The notes: generated from the letters alone by a model not told the origin. A stretch of 64,000 nt of DNA from a virus (IMGVR_UViG_3300010403_000025:2746-66745), one strand, 5' to 3'. Shown: positions 28,301 through 39,500, counted from the stretch's first letter. Translations and numbers: made by a program.

Positions 28301-29291
28301 CGGTGCGGTCACCGAGACGCTGGTTAAAACCTTCGCGGGAATCACGAAGGGTGGCCATGCCTTTACCGCGGTAGCCACGACGATTGGCGAGTTGGGCGGC
28401 AATGCCTCAGCCGTCACGAAAGCCCAGAAAGAACTCGACGATTTCGACGCGGCGATTCGCGCACAACAACAAGCGGCGCGGCTTACTGAACTTGAAACAT
28501 TAAAGACCCGCTTGCCTGAAGTCATCGGGCTGCAGCGGCAGGCCTCCGAAGCTTGGGCAAATGCGTCCGTAACGGCGCAAGAGTCGATCGAAAAGCAGAA
28601 AGAAGAAACGCGGGCGCGCATCGCTTGGCTGAAGGGCGCGATAGGCGCAACCAAAGCGCACCTGGTCGAACTCAACAACGACAAGGAAGCTACGGAAGCT
28701 CTCGCCAAGGCGCTAGGGATTTCGCGTCGAAGTGAATGGGAGAAGATCAACGATACGATCCTTTCCCTTGAGGGACGAGTCGGAAAGCTCATTGAAGAAC
28801 GCGAGCAATTGGAACTGCTATTCCCGGCCGCTAAGGATGCGAACGAGAGTATTAAAGATCTCATCGCCACATTGAAGTCGGCGCTTATGACTCCAGCGGA
28901 AATCAAGCCGCCAGAAATCAAACTGCCGGAAGTAGCCGCAGTGCCGCCGACACCGGAGTTACCTACAATACCCGCCGCCACGTCTTTTCCTGGAGGATAC
29001 GAAGGCGGGACGGGCGATATCTTCGGTGGAATGTTCTGGAATGGAATCCCGAAGTTTCAGATGGGAACGGATTACGTCCCGTACACCGGACTGTTCCACC
29101 TCGAGAAGGGTGAGGCGGTAACGCCGGCAGATCAGAAGGGAAGCCAAGTAGAGGCACTGCTGCGGCGCCTCATCAGCGCAGTTGAAGCAGGGCACACGAT
29201 CACGATTGATGGAACGAAAATCGGCCGGGCGCAGAATCGGGCCGCACAGTCGGGCGGGTCCAGGTTATTGGCGACCGAGGTACGCCGATGA
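25308..29291 (+). CDS. Tape measure protein
   Basis: 1327 aa, Ala-rich helical/coiled coil with hydrophobic segments and C-terminal PKFQMGTDYVP.TGL..L.KGEAV.P; follows chaperones. Confidence 0.93.
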   Translation: MADAVLKSLAVPISLSTDQWSAGLQRIQRDAKSLENDLKPLADPLKSAGVEAKKTGESMSNSFRNASTAAKDQVRWLNEVEEATKRLDAKFDAADRSVRAFVRSTDEFSTLGDPLSEFGDDFSQLGAAVESSTAKITHSFGDAHAAASGLEQMLGVHLPRSVTRFLAESESIGPILAGAFSAVAVIGMIQVLEQLPAIYKKLESAVTGWDDTAKKAYDHQLELNRQLVEILRDAEAAYIKLDEAAGRISGVESTKRQIDLLETEKARQLDIINGIQEEINARTKLEETSKALGGVAALGAMAANILTSRVSMSELTEQMKVAQGEVDKLEKAMQKLGAADMAAAKARDEAKARREVSGLLSEINSQQETARKGAEKYAEALAKAADAAARLTNFLRGAEGVFEAPIARFADLSRVLLALGPKVTAIQGALGTTLDPLLTDAEVLANALKGIQAMKDKDAADAAALAAARAKGDAERLAAAKQFQAQGQAVIDHFIDDISRMFTSMIAHGQSFWEAFKNLGKSAVAAIADTFLSIMLHSFLDPFAKQFGEWLSNMKDRLSSLMKGVDKEGNPLKGFFGGLNKEGAPLTGLKGTASKVATTAVQHLPEIGAAVAGFVVLNKLIGNFAREHKALTIALTGGVGAVIVLLNGLHKLANEFVQKIQNPFAKSVDSLFESLSEAQQMGSLTADQVKQSRFSLEKMWKDFQAEAAKANSTIGAQALATMTPFMKTWREWLDGLDKAAIELERMAKVQEFMAKVGDAAKDSEALNEAISNLRAAGVDASVIVKFLGGDVLTMVDAMMALHQEIPDATKAIYGLAKATGFMSRVTDAAQDSEALNNAIATLQGAGVEASAIVKFLGGDILSMVDSMKALHMEIPAGIAGIYDLIRAIERIGEIDNELESVFEQLSSAIIQKLDILDAGIAEATKNIEDWSRELDDLTKTLDDAAHWQKVYDDAVRESAANYEKLTNERVSIEKRIQDITQDIEREKLVEAVKNAKAVGAVTETLVKTFAGITKGGHAFTAVATTIGELGGNASAVTKAQKELDDFDAAIRAQQQAARLTELETLKTRLPEVIGLQRQASEAWANASVTAQESIEKQKEETRARIAWLKGAIGATKAHLVELNNDKEATEALAKALGISRRSEWEKINDTILSLEGRVGKLIEEREQLELLFPAAKDANESIKDLIATLKSALMTPAEIKPPEIKLPEVAAVPPTPELPTIPAATSFPGGYEGGTGDIFGGMFWNGIPKFQMGTDYVPYTGLFHLEKGEAVTPADQKGSQVEALLRRLISAVEAGHTITIDGTKIGRAQNRAAQSGGSRLLATEVRR
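27561..27974 (+). repeat. 69-aa tandem duplication inside TMP
   Basis: FMAKVGDAAKDSEALNEAISNLRAAGVDASVIVKFLGGDVL... vs FMSRVTDAAQDSEALNNAIATLQGAGVEASAIVKFLGGDIL...; period 207 nt. Confidence 0.9.
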
Positions 29292-29683
29292 AGCGATGGG
29301 CATTGATTCTGTTCATCCTGCCGTACCCCGGTCAAATCACCGTGATCTCACCAACGTTGCCTGCTATCGCTCAAACATCCGGCGACACCATCGCGCCGAC
29401 AATCACATGGGCGACACCCAACAATGCGAGCTTTATTTCGAATGATGTGACAGTACGAGTTGCGGCGCGGGATAACGTCGCGGTCGTGCGTGTGGAACTC
29501 TTTCGCGCGGGGTATCCGAATCCCATTGTCGTCAACGGGGAAACACAGTTACCCCGAGCGACAACGTTTTTGCGCTGGCAAGCTGCCGCTATTCCCATAG
29601 GCACCTATGTGTTGACGGTATTCGCCTATGACGCTGCGGGTAATCGAAGCCTTCCTGCCATGGTCACCGTGATTCGAAAATGA
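29288..29683 (+). CDS. Exported Ig-like (Big) domain protein
   Basis: Hydrophobic N-terminus; DTIAPTI...ARDNVAVVRVE...GTYVLTVFAYDAAGN. Confidence 0.75.
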   Translation: MKRWALILFILPYPGQITVISPTLPAIAQTSGDTIAPTITWATPNNASFISNDVTVRVAARDNVAVVRVELFRAGYPNPIVVNGETQLPRATTFLRWQAAAIPIGTYVLTVFAYDAAGNRSLPAMVTVIRK

Positions 29684-29688
29684 TGCCC

Positions 29689-29704
29689 TGTGCACTCAAA
29701 GACA
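29689..29704 (+). promoter_or_regulatory. Repeated 16-bp motif, copy 1 (TGTGCACTCAAAGACA)
   Basis: Same motif at 36460 and 48633, always intergenic. Confidence 0.7.
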
Positions 29705-29740
29705 ACCTGCTCCGTTTTCTTCAGTAATAGTGATTCGCAT

Positions 29741-31333
29741 ATGAAACTCTTGGCCTTTCTCATCTTCTTGTTGCTGTTCGCTACGCCCGCCTGGGCTGCG
29801 GTGTATTACGTCTCGCCTTCTGGATTTGGTTCCACCTGTTCCAGTCCGCTGCCCTGCACGATTGCGACAGCCTACGCGAAGCCCGTTGTCGCCGGCGACA
29901 CCATCCGCTTGCAAGACGGCGTGTACCAAGGCGCGACTCAAATGCTCTCGTGCTCCGGGGTGAATGGAACCTCAGGAAATCCGATCACGGTGGAAGCGAT
30001 CAACGATGGGGAGGCGACGATTGACGGTCAGGATGCGCGGCAGCCGCTCTTTTTCACGAACTGCGATTACTGGGTCATCACGGGAATCAATTTCAAACGC
30101 TCGAATGAAGAAGTCGCTGTCCTGACGACGGGCGCAGACAACAACACGTTTCAACGCGTCATCTTCTACAACGGGAATTCCAGCGGGAACTACGTCACGG
30201 TCAGTGTGCGCAATGGGGCGACGGGGAATCTGTTTGAAGATTTCGCGAGCTTCGGCACCGGGCGGGAAGCGCTTCAGTATTACAACGGGTCGGGAACGCT
30301 GAACCTCCGGCGGGGTTTCATGCAGTATTCATACTCGACGAACTCGAATCCCAAATCGACCTTCTTCCCCAGCTACGATGCGAAAAACCTTGTTGCCGAC
30401 AATCTAATACTCACTCAGAACCAGCAGCCCGGGGCGAATACGTCGCAGTGTGAAGGCATGATCTCGCACCGCTACACGGACGACGGCGGCACGGGTGAGG
30501 CGATCCGAAAAGTCAACGTGGAGATGTACGGAACTATTGCCTATCTCCCGACAGGGGAAAGTTATTGCTCGACCTTGTTTGTCGGGCTGTCCAAAATCGG
30601 CGATTTCCACTTCACCGATTTGGCGGTTGTTGTCCCAGCCGGTCAGACGAAGCAAGCCGTTCAACTGCAAAACTGCAAAACGGCCGAAACGGGCGGGTCC
30701 GACTGTGCGGCGCCGGACCTATCCATCACGAACGCTTCGCTGATCGGTGGAACCGGGGATTCGATTTCCGCACACTGGACCCAGACGAATGTCGATTCGG
30801 CCTCGTCCGTAACGGGTATCTACAGTGGTGGAAACTCGCTCTACATCAACGACGGAACGACTGGCGCGACGATCTGCTATCGGTATCAAAACGGCACGCT
30901 CACGGCGACTCCTTTGTGGCCGTGGCCGATGAATCAACGGATCATCGATGCGATGACGGATGCGGGATTGACGTCCGTCAGTGTGGACGCGGCGATTGGG
31001 GCCATCTTCGGCGATGCGCCGGGGCAATGCGGCGGGGGTGCTGTCGAGATTTTCCCGACGAGCTTGACGGGAACCGTTCAGGCAACAAAATACGGTCTAT
31101 CGATCGGCTGGCAGGGCGGGAGCGGGGCCATGACGTTGTCCTATACCGCCAACGGGACCTCGAGCACCTGCGGCACAACCTACACGCCGATTACGACCGT
31201 GGCGGCTTCAGCCAATTCCTACTCGTGGACGACCTACATTCCCGCAACACGGTCGATGTGTATCCAATTCAGTTCATCGGGCAGTACGGCCACGACCGGC
31301 CCGTTTGTGATGAAAGGGCGGCTGGGCAAGTGA
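29741..31333 (+). CDS. Exported right-handed beta-helix (pectin-lyase-like) protein
   Basis: Signal peptide MKLLAFLIFLLLFATPAWA; YYVSPSG...GDTIRLQDGVY...GTSGNPITV; LWPWPMNQRI. Confidence 0.8.
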   Translation: MKLLAFLIFLLLFATPAWAAVYYVSPSGFGSTCSSPLPCTIATAYAKPVVAGDTIRLQDGVYQGATQMLSCSGVNGTSGNPITVEAINDGEATIDGQDARQPLFFTNCDYWVITGINFKRSNEEVAVLTTGADNNTFQRVIFYNGNSSGNYVTVSVRNGATGNLFEDFASFGTGREALQYYNGSGTLNLRRGFMQYSYSTNSNPKSTFFPSYDAKNLVADNLILTQNQQPGANTSQCEGMISHRYTDDGGTGEAIRKVNVEMYGTIAYLPTGESYCSTLFVGLSKIGDFHFTDLAVVVPAGQTKQAVQLQNCKTAETGGSDCAAPDLSITNASLIGGTGDSISAHWTQTNVDSASSVTGIYSGGNSLYINDGTTGATICYRYQNGTLTATPLWPWPMNQRIIDAMTDAGLTSVSVDAAIGAIFGDAPGQCGGGAVEIFPTSLTGTVQATKYGLSIGWQGGSGAMTLSYTANGTSSTCGTTYTPITTVAASANSYSWTTYIPATRSMCIQFSSSGSTATTGPFVMKGRLGK

Positions 31334-32040
31334 AACTCGTATTGATCCTTCTTCTCTGTGCGTGTCCGTTGTTCGCAGATACACCCGTGTTCGACAACAA
31401 CTCCACGGGAAACGGCACCGACGACTTCTCGTTCAGTCACACGAACAACTGTACCGTCAACTGCGGGATGGTCGTGGTGACCTGCACCTCGACGGGCGGC
31501 GGAACAAGCGTTTCCAGCGTGACCTACAACAGCGTGGCCATGACGGAGTTGGGCGGCGTGGGCGGCGTCTTTCAAGTCGGGGTCCGCACGCAGCTTTGGC
31601 AACTGAACTCGCCCACCAGCGGAACCAATTCCGTGGCCGTCGCCGTGACCAACTCGAATGAAGCGTCGGCCGCTGCCATCACCTACTCGAACGTGAATCA
31701 GTCCACTGCGGTCGGGACACCGACGACGGGCGGCGGCTCCGGCTCCGCGCCATCGATTGCCGTGACCTCGGCTGTGGGCGAAGTCGTCGTCGATGGGGTG
31801 TGCAGCACGGACAACGTCACGTTTACGGCTGGAGCGGGACAAACGAAACGTGCCGGACTGGCCGTCAACAATGTCTCGAACGGCGCGTCGGAAGAAGCCG
31901 GGGCGGCGAGCGTCACCATGTCCTGGACCAATAGCGTTACCGACTGGGCGGCGATCGGCGTCAGCCTGAAACCCTCCGCCGCACCTCCCGTGGGCGGCTC
32001 CGGGGCCGCACCGCGTATGGCAGAAAGGCTTTATCAATGA
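31330..32040 (+). CDS. Exported Ser/Thr-rich beta-sandwich protein
   Basis: GTG start coupled to upstream stop; signal-like VKLVLILLLCACPLFA; SVTYNSVAMT motif of phage accessory tail proteins. Confidence 0.7.
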   Translation: MKLVLILLLCACPLFADTPVFDNNSTGNGTDDFSFSHTNNCTVNCGMVVVTCTSTGGGTSVSSVTYNSVAMTELGGVGGVFQVGVRTQLWQLNSPTSGTNSVAVAVTNSNEASAAAITYSNVNQSTAVGTPTTGGGSGSAPSIAVTSAVGEVVVDGVCSTDNVTFTAGAGQTKRAGLAVNNVSNGASEEAGAASVTMSWTNSVTDWAAIGVSLKPSAAPPVGGSGAAPRMAERLYQ

Positions 32041-33011
32041 AATACCGCATCGTGGCCCTATTGGCCTTCCTCTCGTTTCCCTTGTCGCTATTCGCGCAAA
32101 TGCCGCTACGGCAATCGACGGCTACCCAGGTTGAAATTCTGGCCATGTCGAGCGCTGGACTGCTCTGGACGAATACGGGAAGCAACGCGAACATCACGAT
32201 CAGTTTAACCAAGGCTGCCGACACGGCGATTCCGGCCTACAGCGAATGGGTGCCGACGACGAGAGGTGGCGGGACGCACGACGCCGACGTGACGGCGGTT
32301 GGTAAAAGCACATGGACGGTGGAGTTGACCGCCACCGACGTGAACACCCTCGGACGCACGGAAGTCTGTTTCCGCCAGCCCGTGCAGTCCGTGAACTTCT
32401 GTCAGGCGTTCATCGTTCAAGCGGCGAACAGCTACGACGCCAACCATATTGGCGACTTGGCCGTGGATGTGTTGACGGCCTCCGCGACGGGCACCGCCGA
32501 CAGCGGCACGACGACCACGATGGTCGATGCGGGCCGGACCGAGGCGGATACGGATTACTTCGCGGGAAGCATCATCCGGTTTGTCAGCGGCAATATTTCG
32601 GGCCAGTCGCGACTGATCACCGCCTTCAATGCAGCGACCGATACGATCACCTTCACGCCGGCCACGACGCAAGCCGTCACGACGCAGAATTATGAAATCC
32701 TTCCGGCGTCTGCCCAGCCCTTATCGACGATCATCAAAAACGTCGCGTCTCAACAGCTCGGGATTTGGTTTAAGACCTCGGCAGGAGCGAATGCTACTGG
32801 AATAAGCACAGCGAATATCACCTGCACGATTTCCAAAGATTTCGGCGCACCCGCAACGACGAACGACACGACCGAAGCCGAGGTGGGGAACGGCGTTTAC
32901 TATATCGATATCACGCAGACGGAATCGAATGCGAACTGGATTGCCCTGAACTGCAATGATGCCAGCGGTGTCGGCTTGCCATATAGCGCCTTGATCACCA
33001 CACAGCACTAG
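32037..33011 (+). CDS. Thr-rich accessory tail-region protein with signal peptide
   Basis: MKYRIVALLAFLSFPLSLFA|Q; PLRQST, ELTATDVNTLG, GTADSGTTTT...DYF.G..I.F.SG...GQSR.I, EVGNGVY. Confidence 0.7.
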   Translation: MKYRIVALLAFLSFPLSLFAQMPLRQSTATQVEILAMSSAGLLWTNTGSNANITISLTKAADTAIPAYSEWVPTTRGGGTHDADVTAVGKSTWTVELTATDVNTLGRTEVCFRQPVQSVNFCQAFIVQAANSYDANHIGDLAVDVLTASATGTADSGTTTTMVDAGRTEADTDYFAGSIIRFVSGNISGQSRLITAFNAATDTITFTPATTQAVTTQNYEILPASAQPLSTIIKNVASQQLGIWFKTSAGANATGISTANITCTISKDFGAPATTNDTTEAEVGNGVYYIDITQTESNANWIALNCNDASGVGLPYSALITTQH

Positions 33012-33018
33012 CGGTCTG

Positions 33019-34137
33019 ATGGCCAATCCCCGAATCAGCTACAACTCGCGGACCATCGATCTACCCTCGCCGCAGAAGGCGATCAGTGCGCCGCCGCGGC
33101 CTCCGGTCACGATCAATACAACGATTACCGGGGTCAGTGAGTTTATCCGCACGCCGTATGTGTCCTGTGAAGTTCAAGTCGAATGGCCAGTCATGGATTC
33201 CTTATCGACCCTGCTGTCCTTGCAGAACTTCCTGCAGTGGGTCTTTCGGGGGGAACCGTGGTCCTTAGCCCTCGACTCGTCGAAGGTGGTCGATACCCTG
33301 ACCGCTGTCGATGCGCTCGCCGGAGCAACAACCATCTATGTCGAGAACGCGGCAGGCATCACGGTAGGGCAGGTCTATAAGATAGTCGATGGGCCGAATT
33401 ATCAACTCGTCACCGTCTCAACGGTTGTCGGGGATCTCATCACGCTGGCGTCTTCGCTAGATACGGATATGGCCGCAGGGGCGATCTTCCGCGATCAATT
33501 CTTTTTTCCGGGAACCATCCGTGATCCGAATGTCGCTTACCCGATTCAGTATGTGCCTGTCGGGGATAAGCCATCCTTTCCGCCGACGCGATTTCTTTTC
33601 GCGCTGAGTTTTTTTGAGGTCTTCAATCAGGAGTCCACGATGCTTGTCAAAATATTAAGCGCTGATGCGACCGGAACCAATACGGCGAGTGCGCAACCTT
33701 GGTTCCCAGCGTCGGGTGCCGTGTCGGTGGCGGGAAACACGACATATTTGATTGAAGGGTACTTACGCACATCGCGCAGCGCAGGAACCACATCGCACAC
33801 GACCAGCCTTATCTTTAATACTGGCACCTGCACGTTCTTTGGCTTTGTGTATAAGGTGCAATGCAACGAGGGCGATGCGGTGGCGAATATCTTTGAGCAT
33901 CAGATGGCCCAAGAAGTCGCCACGGCGAACGTCGTCAAGTCAGCATCCACCAGCGCCACGGAACAAATTGCACTCCTCGTGCACGGCATATTGCGCGTCA
34001 ATGCGGCGGGAACCTTTATTCCAGGCTTTCAATATTCCGCAGCACCGGGAGGCGCGCCGACGATTCTAGCGGGCACGTATTTCAAGCTGACTCCTGTCGG
34101 CTCGGGAAGCTTCGTCAGTCAAGGAACGTGGGCGTAG
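33019..34137 (+). CDS. Probable distal tail-type protein
   Basis: First gene without a signal peptide after TMP; beta-rich; assigned by position only. Confidence 0.5.
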   Translation: MANPRISYNSRTIDLPSPQKAISAPPRPPVTINTTITGVSEFIRTPYVSCEVQVEWPVMDSLSTLLSLQNFLQWVFRGEPWSLALDSSKVVDTLTAVDALAGATTIYVENAAGITVGQVYKIVDGPNYQLVTVSTVVGDLITLASSLDTDMAAGAIFRDQFFFPGTIRDPNVAYPIQYVPVGDKPSFPPTRFLFALSFFEVFNQESTMLVKILSADATGTNTASAQPWFPASGAVSVAGNTTYLIEGYLRTSRSAGTTSHTTSLIFNTGTCTFFGFVYKVQCNEGDAVANIFEHQMAQEVATANVVKSASTSATEQIALLVHGILRVNAAGTFIPGFQYSAAPGGAPTILAGTYFKLTPVGSGSFVSQGTWA

Positions 34138-36450
34138 ATGCCTGAATTCACGATCATCCGTCCTGGCGGCGTTGCGACTCCCGGCAGCACGCCAGTCACG
34201 ATACCCACGGTGTTGCCCAGCGGGGCGGTTCCACCTCCTGCCCTGCCCGATGCGCCGGGGCATTTCACCAGCACCAACTATGCCGCGACATTAGCCGAGA
34301 CGACACGGACCCCGATTTATCAGTGCGTGATCAGCAAGCCCTTGGCGGGTCCGAGCGCATACTGGACCCTCGATGAAGGTACTGGAGCGACCCGCGTCGA
34401 TTCGGTGGGGCTCAACAATCTCACGTCCATCAATACGGTAGGGCAGGCCACGGGACACATTTCGACCGCTGCGCAATTCAACAAAGCAAGTCTTCGCTAT
34501 CTGACATGCACGCCGAAAGCGTCACTGCTGCACAATCAGCATTCGTTCACGATCACCGCCAGGGTCTACATGGATTCAAAGACGGCCTACATGGCGATCT
34601 GTGGGCAGTACGGGCCGAATAATGATCAACGTTCGTATCTGCTCTACTACGATCAAGGGTCCGACCGTTTCGGCTTTGTTATCAATAACGGGTCAGGCAG
34701 TCAGCAGATTCTTCTGGCAAATAGCTTTGGCGCACCCTCGACCGGAGTCGATTACTTCCTCGAAGCGCAATACAACGACGAAGACGGAATGATTTACATA
34801 TCGGTCAACAATATTCGAGACTCCGTAGCCCGATCGTTCGTCTTGAGCGATATCACCTACGCCTTCAATGTGGGCGTTCAGAACACGACGGGGGCGTATT
34901 ACTGGGACGGCTGGATTGACGAACTCCGGTTTTATAAGTTTGCCTTATCCGATACCGAGCGCACGGCCCTCTATCAGGATCGAAGCTATACCGGGATTCC
35001 GTTTGAAGTCTCGAGCGCGCATCCGTCGAATCGCGATCCGATTGGTTTGGAATGCTTGATCCCCATCACGCTTGAAAGTCGCGCCGATATTGAGCAGTCG
35101 CGTTTCCCGCTCTCGACACTCGTCTTTGCCCTAGTCTCGGACGAGCCAGGACAGGTGCGTGCGGCGGTGACGGCGGGACTTGCCGGAAATACGATTGATT
35201 TCTATCTCGGCTTCTGGGAACTCGAATGGGAAGCGAACAAGCGGTTACGGTTTCACGGGGTGATTACGGAGATTGAACAGCACGCGGGAATCTATCAAAT
35301 CACCGCACGATCGCCCATGGCGGTTGCGAACGATGTTCAGGTCTTTGATGGTGCGCAGACACGTTTAGCGGTGGCAATCACCTCAACGGATACCACGTTT
35401 CAAGTGGACAACACCGACGCCTTTGCGGAGCCGAATTCCGATATCAATCTGACCTATTCGATGTTGATTGAAAACGAGTTCGTCTTTCCTCGTGGCCGTA
35501 CACAGACGGCATTCAACAGTGTTCAACGGGTGGGCGCAAACCTCTATGCGATTCCTCCCATCATGGCGAATAGTCAAGCCGCTGCACACACGGTGGGGCA
35601 GGTGGTTCGAGAAATGGTGGAGTTGGGTCAGTTGACGGGAACCAATTCGGACGCGGGTACGAACGATCTGCATCCGATGGATCACCTGAAGAACTTCATT
35701 GAGGGAAATAAAGAAAAAGCGTCCCTTGGAAGTTCATTAGTCACCGTGAATGATGCTGAGCTCGGCACGGCGAAAGGTACGCTCGGTGCGGGACTGAAGT
35801 ACAAATTCAGTCTCGATGAAGCGATCAACGCGAAGGCATTTGCGGAAAAAGAAATCTACGGGACGGTCGGGGGCTACCCTCGCGAAAGTGCTTCTGGCGA
35901 ATTGGGAATCAAACTCTATCAAGATGCCGCCGACGCCACGATTGTCGGAACGATCACGGATAAAGACATCATCGAGTGGCCGCATTTTTTAAGAAACGCC
36001 GAGAAGATCGTCAACCTCGTGCGGGTGCGGTACGACTACAACCCCATCAGCCGAGAATTCACGACGGATTTCGTCTATCGCGATGAGACCTCGATCGGCC
36101 TGTATGGCGAACGGCCACTGATTATCGAATCAAAAGGCATCCGCTCGGAGTATGCCTCTACGGTTCCTGTAGCCTTGACATGGTTTGGCGACACGCTCGA
36201 TTTCCTGCTCGATATGTGTCAACGCCAGGTGGCTCGATTTGGCAGCAAGGCGCCAGTCTACTCATTCACGACCGTTCTCACCAAGCAACTCCTCTCGGTA
36301 GGTGATGACTTGGAAGTAAGTTTCAGTCAAATGCCGGACATCGACACGGGCGAAATCAGTCTGGTGAATAAGCGTGTCGAGGTGCAAGCCATGCGCCACG
36401 ATTTCAGGGCAAATTTAATTGAGTTTGAAGTGATGGCATTTCCCGAATAA
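34138..36450 (+). CDS. Tail hub/tip protein with inserted LamG domain
   Basis: AYWTLDEGTG...WDGWIDELRFY (LamG); C-terminal IVNLVRVRY...SIGLYG...LSVGD hub-like region. Confidence 0.7.
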   Translation: MPEFTIIRPGGVATPGSTPVTIPTVLPSGAVPPPALPDAPGHFTSTNYAATLAETTRTPIYQCVISKPLAGPSAYWTLDEGTGATRVDSVGLNNLTSINTVGQATGHISTAAQFNKASLRYLTCTPKASLLHNQHSFTITARVYMDSKTAYMAICGQYGPNNDQRSYLLYYDQGSDRFGFVINNGSGSQQILLANSFGAPSTGVDYFLEAQYNDEDGMIYISVNNIRDSVARSFVLSDITYAFNVGVQNTTGAYYWDGWIDELRFYKFALSDTERTALYQDRSYTGIPFEVSSAHPSNRDPIGLECLIPITLESRADIEQSRFPLSTLVFALVSDEPGQVRAAVTAGLAGNTIDFYLGFWELEWEANKRLRFHGVITEIEQHAGIYQITARSPMAVANDVQVFDGAQTRLAVAITSTDTTFQVDNTDAFAEPNSDINLTYSMLIENEFVFPRGRTQTAFNSVQRVGANLYAIPPIMANSQAAAHTVGQVVREMVELGQLTGTNSDAGTNDLHPMDHLKNFIEGNKEKASLGSSLVTVNDAELGTAKGTLGAGLKYKFSLDEAINAKAFAEKEIYGTVGGYPRESASGELGIKLYQDAADATIVGTITDKDIIEWPHFLRNAEKIVNLVRVRYDYNPISREFTTDFVYRDETSIGLYGERPLIIESKGIRSEYASTVPVALTWFGDTLDFLLDMCQRQVARFGSKAPVYSFTTVLTKQLLSVGDDLEVSFSQMPDIDTGEISLVNKRVEVQAMRHDFRANLIEFEVMAFPE

Positions 36451-36459
36451 ACCGCTGCT

Positions 36460-36475
36460 TGTGCACTCAAAGACA
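36460..36475 (+). promoter_or_regulatory. Repeated 16-bp motif, copy 2 (TGTGCACTCAAAGACA)
   Basis: Identical to copy 1; 35 nt before the ATG at 36511. Confidence 0.7.
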
Positions 36476-36510
36476 GTCGCTATCTCTGGCCTGATTTAGT
36501 CTCCTTTATC

Positions 36511-39500
36511 ATGAAGAACATTATTAGGCTGGCGCTCGCCTTCGTGTGTCTGACGGTCACCGCGCAGGCGCAGATTCCGTCAACGACGGGCTGGTATCCA
36601 ATACCAAATACACATTTACGGGATGTGTGTCCACCGAACGGATTTGGCGGTAGCGGCTACGACTTTACCGGATTCTGCTCGACCGTCATCGATGCGTGGA
36701 ACGGCGGCGTCATGGATACGACCCGCAATCGGCTCATCATCTGGGGTGGCGGCCATACGGATTATTATGGCAATGAACTTTATGCGCTGAACCTGAATAC
36801 GCTCGTTCTCAGTCGCATTACCGACCCAGGCTTACCGCTTGCATCTCCGTCGCCTTGTCAAGAATCCATTGTGAATGGGACGCAACCAAATAGCCGCCAT
36901 ACCTATGGCGGGCTCACCTACCTGCCGACGCTGGACAAGATGTTTGTCTTTGGCGGGGCAATGGCCTGCTCGATCGGAGTATTTAGCGACGGGACATGGC
37001 TGTTCAACTTTGGCACGAACCAATGGGAGGCGAAAAATCCAACGGGTACTATCCCGCAACCCCAACCGGGCATCGTTACGGCATACGATCCGAATACCGG
37101 CAAAGTGTTCCTCCATGACTTGGCCGATCTGTACACCTATACGCCGAGCACCAATACCTATGTTCGGCTGACGAATAACGGCAACTACAGTATCGATTAC
37201 AACATGACGGCCGCGATTGACCCTGTCCGCAAGAAGTTTGTCATTCTCGGCGGTGGTCAGGCATGGGTTTACAACATCGGCGGAAGCACGTTTACCAAGC
37301 AGCCGCTATCGACAACCGGCGGCTCGGCGATCATCAATGCGGGCTATCCGGGCGTTGCTTACGATTCGACCCGAGACCGGATTGTGGCCTGGAGTGGGGG
37401 AAACGCGGTCTACGAACTCAACCTCGATACAAATACATGGTCGTCCACATCGTTTAGCGGTGGCCCGGGCACGTCGGAACACGGCGTTCTGGGGCGCTGG
37501 CAATATTCGCCCGCCACTGGCGTCTTCGTCACGATTAACGATGTGGATTTGAACGCAACGACTGTGCGCCTCAATGCAGGCGCGCCCCCACCGCCGGACA
37601 CCACGCCACCAACGGTCAGCATGACAGCACCGGCGAACGGGACTACCGTATCGGGCTCTGTCCCTGTCTCTGCGAATGCGTCGGACAATGTGGGCGTTGT
37701 CGGCGTGCAGTTCAAGCTTGACGGGAACAATCTCGGCAATGAAGATACCAGTTCACCGTATTCGCTCTCGTGGGATACGACGACAGCATCCAATGCGAAT
37801 CACAGCCTGACTGCCGTAGCGCGTGATCTGGCAGGCAATCCAACCACAGCAACGGCCATCACGGTCACCGTGAGCAATACCGCTCCACCTCCACCGCCGC
37901 CGACAACGGCGCGGGCGACCTATCCTTTCAGTGAGGGTGCGGGGCTTGCCACTGCCGACACGTCTGGGAATGCCAACAACGGAACGCTCGTGAATGGTCC
38001 TCTATGGACGACGGGCGGCAAATACGGCAACGCCATCTCGTTTGATGGCGTGAACGATTACGTGTCCGCGCCTGACAGTTCAACATTGGACCTAGGTGCG
38101 ACGGGAACGATTGAAGCGTGGGTAAAGTTCGATACCCTCAACCGCTGGCACGGGATCATGGCCAAAGGAAATGCCAATAATGATGCGGTCCATAACTACG
38201 CGCTGGAAATCAACAGCAGCAATAAACCGCTTTGTATTTTTGGGAATGGCTCATCGGCGCGACAAGTGACCAGTGGAACGTCCATCACGGCAGGTGCTTT
38301 CATTCACTTCGCCTGCACATGGGACGGTTCAACGATCCGGCTGTATATCAATGGCGTCCTGAATACGTCGGGTTCACAGACGTTTGTTCCGGGCGCGAAT
38401 GCGTCTTTGCTCTATATCGGGCAGTACGGCGGCAATGCGGACAGATTAGATGGAATCATCGATGAAGTCCGTATCTATGATCGCGCCCGCAGTGCGACTG
38501 AAATCCAGTCGGACATGAATACCGCGCTTGCATCAGGTGGGCCTCCACCGGCACCGGATACGACTGCACCCGTCGTTGCCATCACATTTCCCGTTGGAGG
38601 GTCCACTGTCTTTAACACCATTACCATTTCAACAAACGCTTCCGATAATGTCGGCGTGGTTGGTGTGCAATTCAAAGTGGACAGCACCAATCTCGGAGCA
38701 GAGGACGCGACCGCTCCCTATTCGGTGTCCTGGGATACCACGCAGACCATGAACGCAACTCATTCACTCGCTGCCGTTGGACGGGATGCGGCGGGTAACA
38801 CCGGAGTCTCTGGAATTACGGTCACCGTCAATAACACGGCACCGCCCCCGCCACCTCCACCGCCGATGAGCGGGACCATGCCGTCGCTTGCGGATGAGAA
38901 GGCGACCTATACCCGTTGGGGATGGACATGGAGCACTTCGCAGGAACCGAGCTACAGCAGTGCCGGAAATTACAGCGTCAGCAACCCGGACATCCACGGT
39001 GACACGGAAGGCGACGATCTTTGGTCTTATCTGAATATGTACCGGCGCACGAATCAACAGGGTTACTTGCAGCGTGCAAACGCCTGGGCATCCTATTTCA
39101 AGAGCGGTTATCGAACGTGTGCGGGCAGTTCTGATCAAACCTTTTGTTATGACCTCAACGGTTTTGGCGCAGATCATATGTACGGATGGGGGTTGATGGA
39201 CCTCTACCGTTACAACAACGACACGGCGGCACTGGCCGAGGCGCAGAATCTAGGCGCGGTTGTCGAGGCGCTGTATGGACCCAGTTCCACCTATGGTTGT
39301 TATCCCTCGGGCGCGTGCATGTGGTACAACGTCCGCGCCGTGGGACGGCACTTGAATTTAGTCAGCCGGCTTGCGGGAGCGACAAGCAGCCAGCGCTGGA
39401 TTGCGCTGCGCGACAAGATCCTGAATCTAGTGATGATGAGCGGCCAGTGGAATTCTCAGTATGGCTTCTATTTCTGGGGCGACTGGCAGACGGACTCAGC

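Noticed and set aside
30565-31329. N-terminal extension of the 491-aa ORF
   Set aside because: Overlaps the beta-helix gene and is R/D-rich nonsense; the real start is the coupled GTG at 31330.
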